This document shows, piece after piece, positions 1-12,104 of a stretch of 64,000 bases of DNA. Each line of letters opens with the position of its first letter. Position 1 is the first letter of the stretch. Under the pieces are notes generated by a model. It did no database searches, was not told the origin of the DNA, and saw only the letters and a list, made by a program, of their open reading frames with translations. The translations under genes were made by a program, and so were the position numbers. The stretch spans positions 193,192,001-193,256,000 of the forward strand of contig OX597814.1 in assembly GCA_951406725.2 (NCBI GenBank). The letters are read 5' to 3'. This DNA comes from Octopus vulgaris (taxonomy: Eukaryota).

Positions 1-276
1 TTGTTATTTAACCTTATTTTAGCGCCACCCCCCTTTTTTTTTCATGATCAGTCACACTGTATCTCGTCCCATTACCCAACGTGAACTTCCTTTTTCTTTT
101 CTTAAGCATCTAGAGTCTGATATGGGGAAGTTTTCGCTGCTATTTTTAGCATATCGAATAACCACCACAAAGCTTTCTTGTTGGTTCGTGTGTCTGTTGC
201 GCGTGCATGTGTGTTTGCGCATGTGTGTGTGTGTGTGTGTGTGTTTGAGTCTATGTGTGTTAAATGTATGTATTAC

Positions 277-429
277 GTGGCTGTGTGGTAAGTAGCTTGC
301 TTACCAACCACATGGTTCCAGGTTCAGTCCCACTGCGTGGCACCTTGGGCAAGTGTCTTCTACTATAGCCTTGGGACGACCAAAGCCTTGTGAGTGGATT
401 TGGTAGACGGAAACTGAAAGAAGACCGTC

Positions 430-513
<84 letters not shown>

Positions 514-756
514 ATGTATGTATGTATGTATGTATGTATGTGTGTATGTTGGCGTGTGTTTGTCCACCAACATCGCTTGACATCGAAGCTGGTGTGTTTA
601 CGCCCCGATAACTTAGCGGTTCGGCAAAAGAGACCGATAGAATAAGTACTAGGCTTACAAAAAAAATAAGTCCTGGGGTCGATTTGCTCGACTAAAGGCG
701 GTGCTCCAGCATGGCCACAGTCAAATGACTGAAACAAGTAAAAGAGTAAAAGAGTA
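277..756 (+). mobile_element. tRNA-derived SINE family A (internal microsatellite, tail ...GAAACAAGTAAAAGAG)
   Basis: Head GTGGCTGTGTGGTAAG...GGTTCAGTCCC (A/B-box-like), body CCTTGGGCAAGTGTCTTC...GTGAGTGGATTTGGTAGACGGAAACTG, internal (TA)n(TG)n(TATG)n; more than 25 homologous copies or fragments in the window. Confidence 0.9.
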
Positions 757-1109
757 CTCATCATTTTATATAAACACCCAGAAATTTGATAAAAGGTAAA
801 TTATGATAATTTTAAGTATGGTGGTGCTCCAGCATGGCCGCAGTCAAAATGAGTGAAACGAATAAAAGAATAAAAGAATATCTGTAATGTTAGTGTGTGA
901 GTTGCTTAAACGGTGTTTGTGTGCAGCTGTAGGACGCGTAGAGCTGTGAGTGTGTGTGTGAGAGAGCTTACGCGTGCACACGTGTTGGTTATGTGTGCGT
1001 TGCTTTGCATGCATGCGTTTCCTGTACAAGTGTTTGCATTTGGGAATATACACATGAATATAATCCCCTAAGTTGGCCATTTGAATGAATAAATACGTGT
1101 TTCTAAGCA

Positions 1110-1293
1110 CTATATATATATATAACAATTGTAGCGTGGAAGGTGTTTGTAAGCCATTTAAGAAACACACAAAAGCCGTTCGATTCACTTCAACATTTAA
1201 GTTTAATTTGTCAAAATATTTTCGTCGCTAAAATCCGCGACAAAAATCACTGACAAAAATCCGTGCTGCATCTCATGCTATGCGAGTACATCT

Positions 1294-1295
<2 letters not shown>
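1110..1295 (-). mobile_element. Probable Penelope-like remnant with degenerate HHR-like fold (1207-1257)
   Basis: Unique island between (TA)n tracts; minus strand TTTGTCA-GTGATTTTT-GTCGC/GCGAC hairpin-GAAA-ATATTT-TGACAAA; CUGANGA box not intact. Confidence 0.4.
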
Positions 1296-1369
<74 letters not shown>

Positions 1370-1730
1370 TACTCTTTACTCTTTTACTCTTTTACTTGTT
1401 TCAGTCATTTGACTGCGGCCATGCTGGAGCACCGCCTTTAGTCGAGCAACTCGACCCCGGGACTTATTCTTTTGTAAGCCCAGTACTTATTATATCGGTC
1501 TCTTTTGCCGAACCGCTAGGTGATGGGGACGTAAACACACCAGCATCGGTTGTCAAGCAATGCTAGGGGGACAAACACAGACACACAAACATATACACAC
1601 ACATACATATATATATATACATATATACGACAGGCTTCTTTCAGTTTCCGTCTACCAAATCCACTCACAAGGCTTTGGTCGGCCCGAGGCTATAGCAGAA
1701 GACACTTGCCCAAGATGCCACGCAGTGGGA
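1370..1730 (-). mobile_element. SINE family A, 5'-truncated
   Basis: Reverse complement of family A body and tail. Confidence 0.9.
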
Positions 1731-2000
1731 CACACACACACATACAAAATTAAGAGGTATGACCTCTAAAGTGGACACCTATATGCTAAACATAGACGTC
1801 AAATCGTCATTACCACGAAGAATGTGTTCTCAAGAAAAATATTTCGTATATTTTCTTTTGTCTTTCTCATTTTTACATTTTGGCGTTTTGCTGAGATTTT
1901 TCTTGTGAACACGACTAAAGGTGGTGCTCCAGCATGGCCGCAGTCAAATGACTGAAACAAGTAAAAGAGTAAAAGAGAGAGAGTATTCAAAGTAAAAGTG

Positions 2001-2157
2001 GGCGCAGGAGTGGCTGTGTGGTAAGTAGCTAGCTTACCAACCACATGGTTCCGGGTTCAATCCCACTGCGTGGTACCTTGGGCAAGTGTCTTTTACGACC
2101 AAAGCATTGTGAGTGGATTCGGTACACGGAAACTGAAAGAAGCCCGTCGTGTATATG

Positions 2158-2192
<35 letters not shown>

Positions 2193-2382
2193 TTGTCTCC
2201 CACCATAGCTTGACAACCGATGCTGGTGTGTTTGCGTCCCCGTAACTTAGCGGTTCGGCAAAAAGGAGACCGATAGAATAAGTACTAGGCTTACAAAGAA
2301 TAAGTCGTCCTGGGATCGATTTGCTCGACTAAAGGCGGTGCTCCAGCATGGCCGCAGTCAATGACTGAAACAAGTAAAGAGT
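2001..2382 (+). mobile_element. SINE family A, near full length
   Basis: GGCGCAGGAGTGGCTGTGTGG head through GAAACAAGTAAAGAG tail. Confidence 0.9.
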
Positions 2383-2390
2383 ATACAATA

Positions 2391-2464
2391 CAGTACATTT
2401 TGCGATCTTCACTTACCGTGGAGGCTTTTGGAACGTAACACCCGCGATAATCGAGGGATTACTG
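2391..2464. mobile_element. Deleted pogo/Tigger-type MITE
   Basis: TA|CAGTA...ATCGAGGGATTACTG|TA termini with TA flanks. Confidence 0.5.
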
Positions 2465-2534
2465 TATAACGTATTAGGCTTGGTAATCAACGTTTAAATT
2501 TAATATGCACGTATAAAAATATCAGGGCTCGGAG

Positions 2535-2700
2535 TGTTTCGTAATGCACCTGTATATCTGTATAATTTTTTAACACACCTGTACAATTTCATGATACACC
2601 TGTATTCTTTCGCAACAAGCTTGTTTAATTTCGTAACATACCTGTATGATTTGATGACATACCTGTCTTATTCAAACATCAGTATAATTTTCTGACACAG
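2535..2700. repeat. Degenerate ~21-bp minisatellite (AATTTCGTAACACACCTGTAT-like)
   Basis: ACCTGTA recurs at about 21-bp spacing. Confidence 0.6.
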
Positions 2701-2769
2701 TAATGGAGATGTTGGGACACACACACGCACAAACATATACACAATACATACATACATATATATATATAA

Positions 2770-2880
<111 letters not shown>

Positions 2881-3004
2881 GGGTAAAGAATTATTAATTT
2901 AATAATTAATAAATTTTATCAAGTAGTTCGGTAAAAACTTATACAAAATTTTTTTTTTATAATTATAAACATAATTAAGGGATTAGCAAAAGTTGCTTCA
3001 CCAC

Positions 3005-3007
3005 ATA

Positions 3008-3064
<57 letters not shown>

Positions 3065-3218
3065 GACGAGCTTCTTTCAGTTTCCGTCTACCAAATTCAC
3101 TCACAAGGCTTTGGTCGGCCAGAGGCTATAGTAGAAAATACTTGCCCAAAGTGTCACGCAGTGGGACTGAACCTGGAACCATGTGGTTGGTTAGCAAGCT
3201 TACTTACCACACAGCCAC
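3005..3218 (-). mobile_element. SINE family A, 5' half
   Basis: Reverse complement of head and body; part of an inverted duplication with 174-480. Confidence 0.85.
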
Positions 3219-3954
3219 ATAATACATACATTTAACACACACATATACTCAAACACACACACACACACATACACATACACAAACACACATGCACGCGCAA
3301 CAGACTCACGAACCAACTAGAAACGGCATACAAACAAAATCCACCAAAAGAAGTCGTGAATGGCAACGAGAGGATTTTGACAAATTTAGCTGATTGATTG
3401 ACAGATCGAACGATTAATTTAACAACTGATGAGTTCATTAGTTAAGTGGCTAATCAATTGACAAATAAAAATAAAGAAGAAAAATGGAACCAGTGCGTGT
3501 ATGTGTTTATTGCTGGCATAATGACCGTTCCGAGATTTAAAGAAATCTATTCCAACACACGAGTTCACCTCAAGGATTTCGCATATCAAATCCAAAAAGA
3601 AAAAGAAAAATTAAGCTTTAACATTAACACAGTTATTTGATACATAAATAACAATCTTATAATTATATAAAATTAAGGATTTATTGGTTTTCTTAGTGCA
3701 GATGTACCCCTAAGGGTTTTTATGTACTTGCATTCCGCTCCCTGATACTAAAACGTTTCCTTATCTCTTATAAAGTAATGTGATACGTATGTCGGAAGTA
3801 CTGTTCCACAGAGACTTCTGTTGCACTCAAGGCCTCCAAAAGAAAGCTTTCGAGAACCGTCAGGAAGAGTGGCTCACGAAATTCAAGAGGGTTGTGAGGG
3901 TTTTCTTCTTTTTTTTTTTGTACTTGTTTCAGTCATTTTTGTACTTGTTTTACT

Positions 3955-4320
3955 CATTTTTGCCAGCTGAGTGGACTTGAGCAACGTGAAATGAAGTGCT
4001 TTGCTCAAGAACACAACGTGTCGCCCGGTCCAGGAATCGAAACCACAATCTTACGATCATGATGCTGACACGCCTTGAAGGGTTTAGTCAAACAAATCGA
4101 CACCAGTACTAATGTTTAAGTCAGGTACTGCCGAAGTTTTTTTTTTTTTTTTCATGCGCCCATTTCAAGCTTAGCCAGGCTCATGGGCCCGGTTTCTCGG
4201 TTTCTGTGGTGTACGTGTTCCCCAGCTGGACAGGACACCAGTCCATCGCAGCGTTACTCATTTTTGCCCGCTCAGTGGACTTGAGCAACATGAAATGAAG
4301 TGTTTTGCTCAAGAATTGAA
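3955..4320 (-). mobile_element. SINE family D fragments (two partial copies)
   Basis: Reverse complement of CTTGAGCAAAACACTTCATTTCACGTTGCTC and GCGATGGACTGG segments. Confidence 0.75.
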
Positions 4321-4949
4321 CCCAAAATTACGCGATTCTAAAGCAAATTCTCCTTTTTGTTTTTTGTTGTTTTTTTCGGGAGGTTGGGCTAGAGGATCCT
4401 TTCATATTTTCTGAGATCCTCCTTGGATCCCTGTCCGGAATACTCTCTCTTAGATCCCACCCTGATTGGTCATACACGGTCAATTCTTAACATTTCTTTT
4501 TTTTTTTTGCACCTCACCAAGCTAGTAACGAAGTAGCGAAGTAGTCAGGAAATCCTTTAAGAAAATACAAAAATAATTGCAAGCACCACCACCACCGCCA
4601 CCTTTATCACCACCACTGCTACCATCATCATCATCATCACCACCACTATCACTACCCTCATCATCACCACCATTATCATCACCACCACCACCACCACCAC
4701 CACCGTTACCAGCATTACAACAATAACAAAACAGTTAAAAACATTGCCAATGAATCAGTATCTATACAGTCGATTAATTTGCTAGAAATAACAGCCAAAT
4801 ATCCATCAAATCAAATCCTTTCGCTTTAAAATAAAGGAAAAAAAGAGGCCGTTTTGGATAACATATCTGTAGATAAACCTAAAGAAAGACTAGATGGCCA
4901 GATGGCCACGGATGTAATGCTTTCGATCATAGGTTTGCTCAATCAGGAC

Positions 4950-5029
<80 letters not shown>

Positions 5030-5034
<5 letters not shown>

Positions 5035-5435
5035 GACGGCCTTCTTTTCAGTTTCCGTCTACCAAATCCACTCACAAGGCTTTAGCCGGCCCAGGGTGCC
5101 ACGCAGTGGGACTGAACCCGGAACCATGTCATTGGGAAGCAAGCTTCTTGCCACACAGCTACGCCTATGCATATACTTATACTTCGATTTTGTATTTGGT
5201 TTGCAAGATCCTTACACAAGGTAGATCTACGTATATATGCGTGTGTGTCTTTGTGTTAGTAATCCCACTTGACGACCGGTGTTGGTTTGTTTACGTCATC
5301 GCAATCAGCGGTTCGGCAAAAAAGGAACAACAAAATAAGTACCAAACTGAAGTATTGAGCCAGATCTGTTCGATCAACCCATGGAAATAGTGCTCAGACA
5401 TGGCCGCAGTCCAGTGATGGAAAGAAAAGAGTAAG
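5030..5435. mobile_element. Diverged SINE family A fragments (5030-5170 minus; 5240-5435 plus)
   Basis: Recognisable body and tail motifs. Confidence 0.65.
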
Positions 5436-5823
5436 ATGATTGATGTGATTTTAAGAATGATTAAGCTGCTATTTCTAGCATTTGGCAGCCACGTGGACGC
5501 TTTCCCGCGGCTTTAGTTGTGTGAAGGTTATAAACCGAATTAATGACAAGTAGTGTAATGGATTCAAAATTTGGTACAACGCCAGCAATTCTTTAGTGGG
5601 AGGGTGTTTGTGGCTGTAACCGACTCCAGTTCTTGACCGATACTTATTTTATTGATTCTGGAAGGACCAAAAGAAAAGTTGACCTCGACGGGATTTGAGC
5701 TCAGAACATAAAGAGAAGAAGTGCTGTTAGACATTGTGTGCGACGTGCTAACGTTTCCGCCAGCTCACCGTCTTACCTTTAAGTAATATAATAATAGTTC
5801 TGTCTATATGGATACAGGGTGGA

Positions 5824-6214
5824 AGGCGGCCAGCTGGCTGAATCGTTAGCACACCGGGCGAAATGCTTAGCGGTATTTCGTTTGCTGTTACGTTCTGAGT
5901 TCAAATTCCACCGAGGTCGACTTTGCCTTTCATCCTTTCGGCGTCGATAAATTAAGTACCAGTTACGCACTGGGGTCGATATAATCGACTTAATCCGTTT
6001 GTCTGTCCTTGTTTGTCCTCTGTGTTTAGCCCCTTTGTTTAGAAATAGGTATTTCTTCTGTCTTTATGTTTTGAGTTCAAATTCCGCGGAGGTCGACTTT
6101 GCCTTTCATCCTTCTGGGGTCGTATAAATTAAGTACCAGTTGCGTACTCTGGGTCGATGTAATCGACTGGTCCCCTTCCCCAAAATTTCGGGCCTTGCGC
6201 CTAGAGTAGAGAAG
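5824..6214 (+). mobile_element. SINE family B, dimeric (Nin/Deu-like central domain)
   Basis: Head GGCGGCCAGCTGGCTGAATCGTTAGC, B-box GAGTTCAAATTCC, core GCCTTTCATCCTT..GTCGATAAATTAAGTACCAG present twice; diverged minus copies at 5565-5775, 6550-6740 and 6750-6920. Confidence 0.85.
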
Positions 6215-6228
6215 TATATAGACAGAAA

Positions 6229-6530
6229 GTGGAGGCACATGGCCTAATGATTAGAGCAGCGGACTCACAGTCGAAGGATCGCGGGTTCGAATCTCAGACC
6301 AGGAGATGTGTGCGTTTATGAGCAAAACACCTATGTACCACGCGGCTCCGGCAGAAGGTAATGGCGAACTTCTGCTAACTCTTTCGCCTCAACATCCCCT
6401 CACTGTTTCCTCCTTCATCTAACAGCTCACCTGCAACAGATCGGCATCACGTCTAAGTTGGGAACATATACGCCAATGAAACCGGGATCTGTCCCTTATG
6501 AGCCAAGCATGGGTCGAGGAGGAGCAACAA
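6229..6530 (+). mobile_element. SINE hybrid: family C head with family D-like tail
   Basis: GTGGAGGCACATGGCCTAATGATTAGAGCAGCGGACTC head; ...ACGCCAATGAAACCGGG...TGAGCC tail. Confidence 0.65.
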
Positions 6531-7156
6531 CATACAGACACAAGAGCTGAAACTTCGGTGAGAGGGGTTCGTTCGATTATAATGGACCCTAGTGCTCAAC
6601 AGATAGTTATTTTTATGGACTCCGAAAGGGTGGAAGGCAAAGATGATGTCTAGGATTTGGATTCAGAACACGAAGAGCCGGATAAAATTGGTTTGAACAA
6701 TTTTCCCGATGCGCTCACGATTCTAACACCTCTCCACCTTAGCGATAATATTGGCTTCAAATTTTAGCACAAGGCCAGCAATTTCGGGGTGGGTGGGTAA
6801 ATCGATTACATAAGCCTCAGTGCTCAACTGGTACTTATTTTATCGACCCCGAAAGGATGAAAGGCAAAGTCGACCTTGGCGAAATTTGAACTCAGAACGT
6901 AAAGACGGACGAAATGCCAGTTAAGAAATATAATAATAATTAACGACCAATCTATTAATTAGCAATGTTTTAATTGTCAATGTGATAATTGTCCTAAACG
7001 TAATAATTACAAGATTTACAGAGATGACTGTGAAAGTTGTAAGAGAAGTAATCACTCGGCGAACAACGGCTCTCGATTCGGTTTCAAATCTCAGCTAAAG
7101 AAAATAGTATCAATGCTTCTTATTCATGGACTTCTGAAAAACATAAACATGATATA

Positions 7157-7540
7157 GGCGCAGGAGTGGCTATATAGGCGCAGGAATGGCTGTGTGGTAA
7201 GTAGCTTGCTAACCAACCACATGGTTCCGGGTTCAGTCCCACTGCGTGGCATCTTGGGCAAGTGTCTTCTGCTATAGCCCCGGGCCGACCAATACCTTGT
7301 GAGTGGATTTGGTAGACGGAAACTGAAAGAAGCCTGTCGTATATATGTATGTATATATATGTGTGCATGTGTGTGTGTTTGTGTTTGTCCTCCTAGCATT
7401 GCTTGTTTACGTCCCCGTCACTTAGCGGTTCAGCAAAAGAGACCGATAGAATAAGTCCTGGGGTCGATTTGATCGACTAAAGGCGGTGCTCCAGCATGGC
7501 CGCAGTCAAATGACTGAAACAAGTAAAACAGTAAAGAGTA
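7157..7540 (+). mobile_element. SINE family A with duplicated 5' end
   Basis: TATAGGCGCAGGARTGGCT occurs twice at the head; full body and tail. Confidence 0.9.
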
Positions 7541-7619
7541 TGATAATAATGTCTTATTGACTACTACAATGTAAACTGTGGGTTCTCAACCGGGGTCCAT
7601 ATGAGATTTTGTTGTTAAA

Positions 7620-7803
7620 GTGTGAGGCTCCGGAGCTGTCCTGAGGCCTTGGTGGAAGCTGAGGGCAGCTACTTTGAGTGAAATTTTATCTCCCAGTCAT
7701 AATTTAGTTGATATTGTTTGATTTTTTAAAATACTTTAATTTGTAAATGATATTGTGCTTTCTTTCCCTTTTATGCAAACTGTCAAATTTAACCCGAACA
7801 TGA
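7620..7803 (+). mobile_element. Tc1/mariner-superfamily 3' remnant
   Basis: Translates RLRSCPEALVEAEGSYFE*, typical of a Tc1/mariner transposase C-terminus. Confidence 0.55.
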
Positions 7804-8277
7804 TGTGAATATTGGGGTTTATTTATTCAACTAAAACCCTTGAAGGTGGTGTCCCAGCATGGCCGTAGTCGAATGACCGAAACAAGTAAAAATTAAAAGA
7901 TCGATCTATTTTGCATCCGTTTCGGTTTCCAGTTGTAATTATTCAACCTTGTCATGTCACTATAGCTCTAAGGGAAGGCATGATATCACATAACCTCATT
8001 TTGCCAACTCTTATAAGAGTATATTGAGTTTAAGAAGAGACTAATTGTAGCTTCAGTCAGCGGCTGAACCACAGCGTGGACGGTTCAAATTGCAAGAAAT
8101 AGTAGCTTCCTCTAAGATCCCAGTGCCTAGGGTCTTAATGGGAAGAATGATATGTTGTTCTACGTATGTCTTGCTATATAAAAAGACTGGATGGTCATAG
8201 TGAGAACATCTGTTTTATCAAGACCATCCAGTGCTAAAAAACAACGATGACATCATATATCACAGATATATATATAA

Positions 8278-8530
8278 AGGTGCGTGGCTTAGTGGTAAGG
8301 GTTTCGGCTCACGACTTCTGGCCGTGAGTGCGGTACCCGGTGGCACGTTGTGTCTCTTAAGCATGAGACTTTATTTCACGATGCTGGCAAAAATGAGTCG
8401 TACCTGTATTTCGAAGGGCCAGACTTGTCACATCCTGTGTCACTCTGAATCTTCCTGAGAACTACGTTATGCCACTTGCACGTTAATTTCACGAGCAAGC
8501 TGTTCCATTGATCGGATCAACTGGAACACA
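8278..8530 (+). mobile_element. SINE family C2 (D-like head/CORE-like segment with C tail), diverged
   Basis: GCGTGGCTTAGTGGTAAGGG head; AATTTCACGAGCAAGCTGTTCC tail. Confidence 0.7.
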
Positions 8531-8580
8531 AAGCAATATTTAATGCTATGTGAAGAATTATATATATATTCACATAACCT

Positions 8581-8676
<96 letters not shown>

Positions 8677-8800
8677 CGACGACGACGACGACGACGATGA
8701 CGACGACGACGACGACGACGACGACGGCAGCGACGATGACAATAGTGATGACGATGATGATGACGATTCTGACGATGATTATGATGATGATAATGATGAA
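8581..8800. repeat. (GAT)n/(GAC)n compound trinucleotide microsatellite
   Basis: Directly visible; source of the poly-D/M/S ORFs. Confidence 0.95.
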
Positions 8801-10227
8801 ACTGATAGAAGGATGGAAATTAAGTTACCATCAGACCAGAAGCCTAATCCAAATGCTTACAATAGAGTGAACTCCGCTAAAGCCAGCTTTCAAGTTTACA
8901 AGGTTTTAAGAAGCCCATTTAAAGATTATCCCGGTTTCAATGGCGTTTGAATAACTGAGAGTACAAGACTCCGACCACACTCAACGCCAGTCTGTCGCAG
9001 AGCTAATTCTCTACCTATCTGTGGAACTTATTTTCAGCTGAGGGAATTAAAATAATGTTAAATGAAACGTCTTGCTCAAAAGAATGCAATGTATACGAAT
9101 TAAATCTGCGAATCAAATACCTCGACCACTACGCAATGTGTTTTTGTTTTCCTTTATATAACACAATGCATTCATAAGATATACCTCTCTCTGTTCACAG
9201 TGGTACTGGAGCCTTTACGTGGTAACCTGTTATGATAAAAAAAAAACAGTCAAGCCTATCACAAGTCACATTCTGCTGTTTTTGGAAGAAGGGAAGACAT
9301 TCAGTCGCCCGCTGACACTCCTTGACGCTACATTGAAGAGGCCAGGGAACAGAAGAAAGAAGAAGAAAGACATGCACCCAACACCTGAGCTAAAGACACC
9401 TTCGAAAGGGAGGGGGGCGCCACGTCAAAACGGTAGAGGAGTCGGGGCCGAAACCGGACGTGGTTACTGTTGTGGTAGCAGACCACAAAGCACGGTTGAA
9501 ATTCCTTCCTATACCTGCAAATATAGATTGAATACTCGAGGCAAGAATGCTTTTTATCATGAAATAATAACAGCAATAATAGCAGCAACAATAGTATGAA
9601 TATATAAACCAATATTAAAAAGACGAGTTGTTTAACCCCAGGTCAAATCTGAGGAGATCTAGGGTCAAAGGCTTTCCAGTAAAGACCACTTCGTTTCAGA
9701 ATGGTCGCAGCTGGTTAGTAAATCGTTTAAGAGAATGTTGAAGTTTATAACAGATTTCGTTGCTATTCGCATGATGTTGAACGACCATATAAAGGTCGTT
9801 GGCACGTAGCAATTCCGAATCTTCCCTTTGAGTGCTATAAACCAAGATTCTATAACGGGCGTTAACAGTTTTATGCATTGACTTTTGAAATAACGCTAAG
9901 TGAAGGTTAAGTTATTAGTGACTACATAGCAATCTTATAGTATTAATTGAATGAATATTTTCATCAACCAACAAAATTTCGATGTACTGTGAACTGTTCA
10001 TATCTTCATGTATTTTCGAGTATTTCTACTCATTTATTGTATCGTTGCTACACTTTATCAATCGTTTGAATAACGAGTAATGTGAAGCACACTTTCGATT
10101 CAATAAGCTTCAGGATATTGCATAATTTTCCCCGTTTGCAAACTCAATCAGACCAAGATTCGTAATCTAAGAACATTGTAGGTACACAGCGACGTATGTT
10201 TCAATAGGCAACTAGCTTGGTGGCATG

Positions 10228-10610
10228 TGGAGGCGCAATGGCCCAGTGGTTAGGGCAGCGGACTCGCGGTCATAGGATCGCGGTTTCGATTCCCAGACCG
10301 GGCGTTGTGAGTGTTTATTGAGCGAAAACACCTAAAGCTCCACGAGGCTCCGGCAGGGGATGGTGATGAACCCTGCTGTACTCATTCACCACAACTTTCT
10401 CTCGCTCTTTCTTCCTGTTTCTCTTGTACCTGTATTTCAAAGGGCCAGCCTTGTCACAATCTGTGTCACGGTGAATATCCCCGAGAACTACGTTAAGGGT
10501 ACACGTGTCTGAGGAGTGCTCAGCCACTTACACGTTAATTTCACGAGCAGGCTGTTCCGTTGATCGGTTCAACCGGAACCCTCGTCGTCGTAACCGACGG
10601 AGTGCTTCCA
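10228..10610 (+). mobile_element. SINE family C, full length with TSD
   Basis: tRNA-like head GTGGAGGCGCAATGGCCCAGTGGTTAGGGC...GGTTTCGATTCCC; tail ...GTAACCGACGGAGTGCTTCCA; TSD AGCTTGGTGGC at 10215 and 10611. Confidence 0.92.
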
Positions 10611-10870
10611 AGCTTGGTGGCTCTTATCGCTTCTTCCAGAATGATTGGTTTTTGGTTTCTCTTTGAGAAGCTCTTCCGCCCTTTGACAGGCCTTATTTTA
10701 AATACTTCTAGGAGATCACACCTCATCTTCACTCAGTAAAATGTGAAGTGTACTGCCTCGTCGCTGATCAATAGACTGATAGATAGGTTGTATTTGATCA
10801 CATAGAACCAGCAGTAGCCGGCAGAACATGATCTGACACTAACGTTCACCAAACGCGCCTTCTGTCTGTC

Positions 10871-10949
<79 letters not shown>

Positions 10950-10983
10950 ACACACACACACACATACACACATATATGTAATA

Positions 10984-11046
<63 letters not shown>

Positions 11047-11240
11047 TTGAACTGCAGCCATGCTGGGGTATCACCTTGAAGATTTTAGTCGAATAAATCG
11101 ACTTTAGTACTTACGTTTTTTTAAAGACTTGTCCTTATTCTATTGGTCCATTTTGCCGAACTGCTTGGTTGCAGGAACATAAATACACCAACACCGGTCG
11201 TCAAGTTGTGGTGGAGGATAAACACAGACACACAGACACA

Positions 11241-11299
<59 letters not shown>

Positions 11300-11378
11300 A
11301 CACACATAGACTCATATCAATGTAAATGTCTGTCTATCCATCTCTTCTCTCTCTCCCTCTCTCTCTCTCTATATATAT

Positions 11379-11442
<64 letters not shown>

Positions 11443-11619
11443 TAATAAATATTAGGGAATAAATCCAAATTTACAGGGAAAAAATCAGATTTAGGATTAA
11501 ATCCAATTTTATAGTAAAATATTATAAAATATTATTAGAGACAAAACCACTATTTTGCAAAACAAACAAGGAAAGACTTAATCAATACATAAAATTTTAA
11601 TAAATAGTCAAAAAAACCG

Positions 11620-11662
11620 CCACTACAATCGTTTCTTGTCTTGATCGACAATCTTCAGGTGG
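11620..11662 (-). ncRNA. Minimal type-I hammerhead ribozyme motif (inverted copy)
   Basis: Exact reverse complement of 11713-11755. Confidence 0.85.
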
Positions 11663-11712
11663 ACTTCAATAAGTCAGTTTCAAATTATAATTTGAAACTG
11701 ACTTATTGAAGT

Positions 11713-11755
11713 CCACCTGAAGATTGTCGATCAAGACAAGAAACGATTGTAGTGG
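11713..11755 (+). ncRNA. Minimal type-I hammerhead ribozyme motif
   Basis: CCAC-CTGAAGA-TTGTC(GATCAA)GACAA-GAAAC(GATT)GTA-GTGG: stems I, II and III pair, both core boxes intact, predicted cleavage after GUA (11751). Confidence 0.85.
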
Positions 11756-11843
11756 CGGTTTTTTTGACTATTTATTAAAATTTTCATGTATTGATTAAGT
11801 CTTTCCTTGTTTGTTTTGCAAAATAGTGGTTTTGTCTCTAATA

Positions 11844-11881
<38 letters not shown>

Positions 11882-11890
11882 CATACATAC

Positions 11891-11938
<48 letters not shown>

Positions 11939-11953
11939 GTATGTATGTATGTA

Positions 11954-11985
<32 letters not shown>

Positions 11986-12104
11986 TGACGGGCTTCTTTC
12001 AGTTTCCGTCTACTAAATTCACTAACAAGGCTTTGGTCGGCCCGAGGCTATAGTAGTTGGGCTGAACCCGGAGCCATGTGGTTGGCAAGCTAACTTCTTA
12101 CCAT

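Larger units (their letters stand above)
11438..11853. mobile_element. Penelope-like element remnant with inverted (fold-back) structure
   Basis: Inserted in (TA)n; palindrome 11523-11853 centred at 11687/11688 with one 1-nt indel; each arm carries an HHR motif. Confidence 0.75.

Noticed and set aside
301-573. Recurrent peptide [10 protein letters not shown] / [11 protein letters not shown] in many ORFs
   Set aside because: Antisense translation of the non-coding SINE A body, not a gene family
3425-3450. CTGATGAG as an HHR core
   Set aside because: No stem II or GAAA box at a suitable distance
8543-8950. 135-aa poly-Asp ORF
   Set aside because: Read-through of a (GAT)n/(GAC)n microsatellite; no domain or splice support
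10228-10305. Functional tRNA genes at SINE C/D heads
   Set aside because: They continue into SINE bodies with TSDs, so they are tRNA-derived heads
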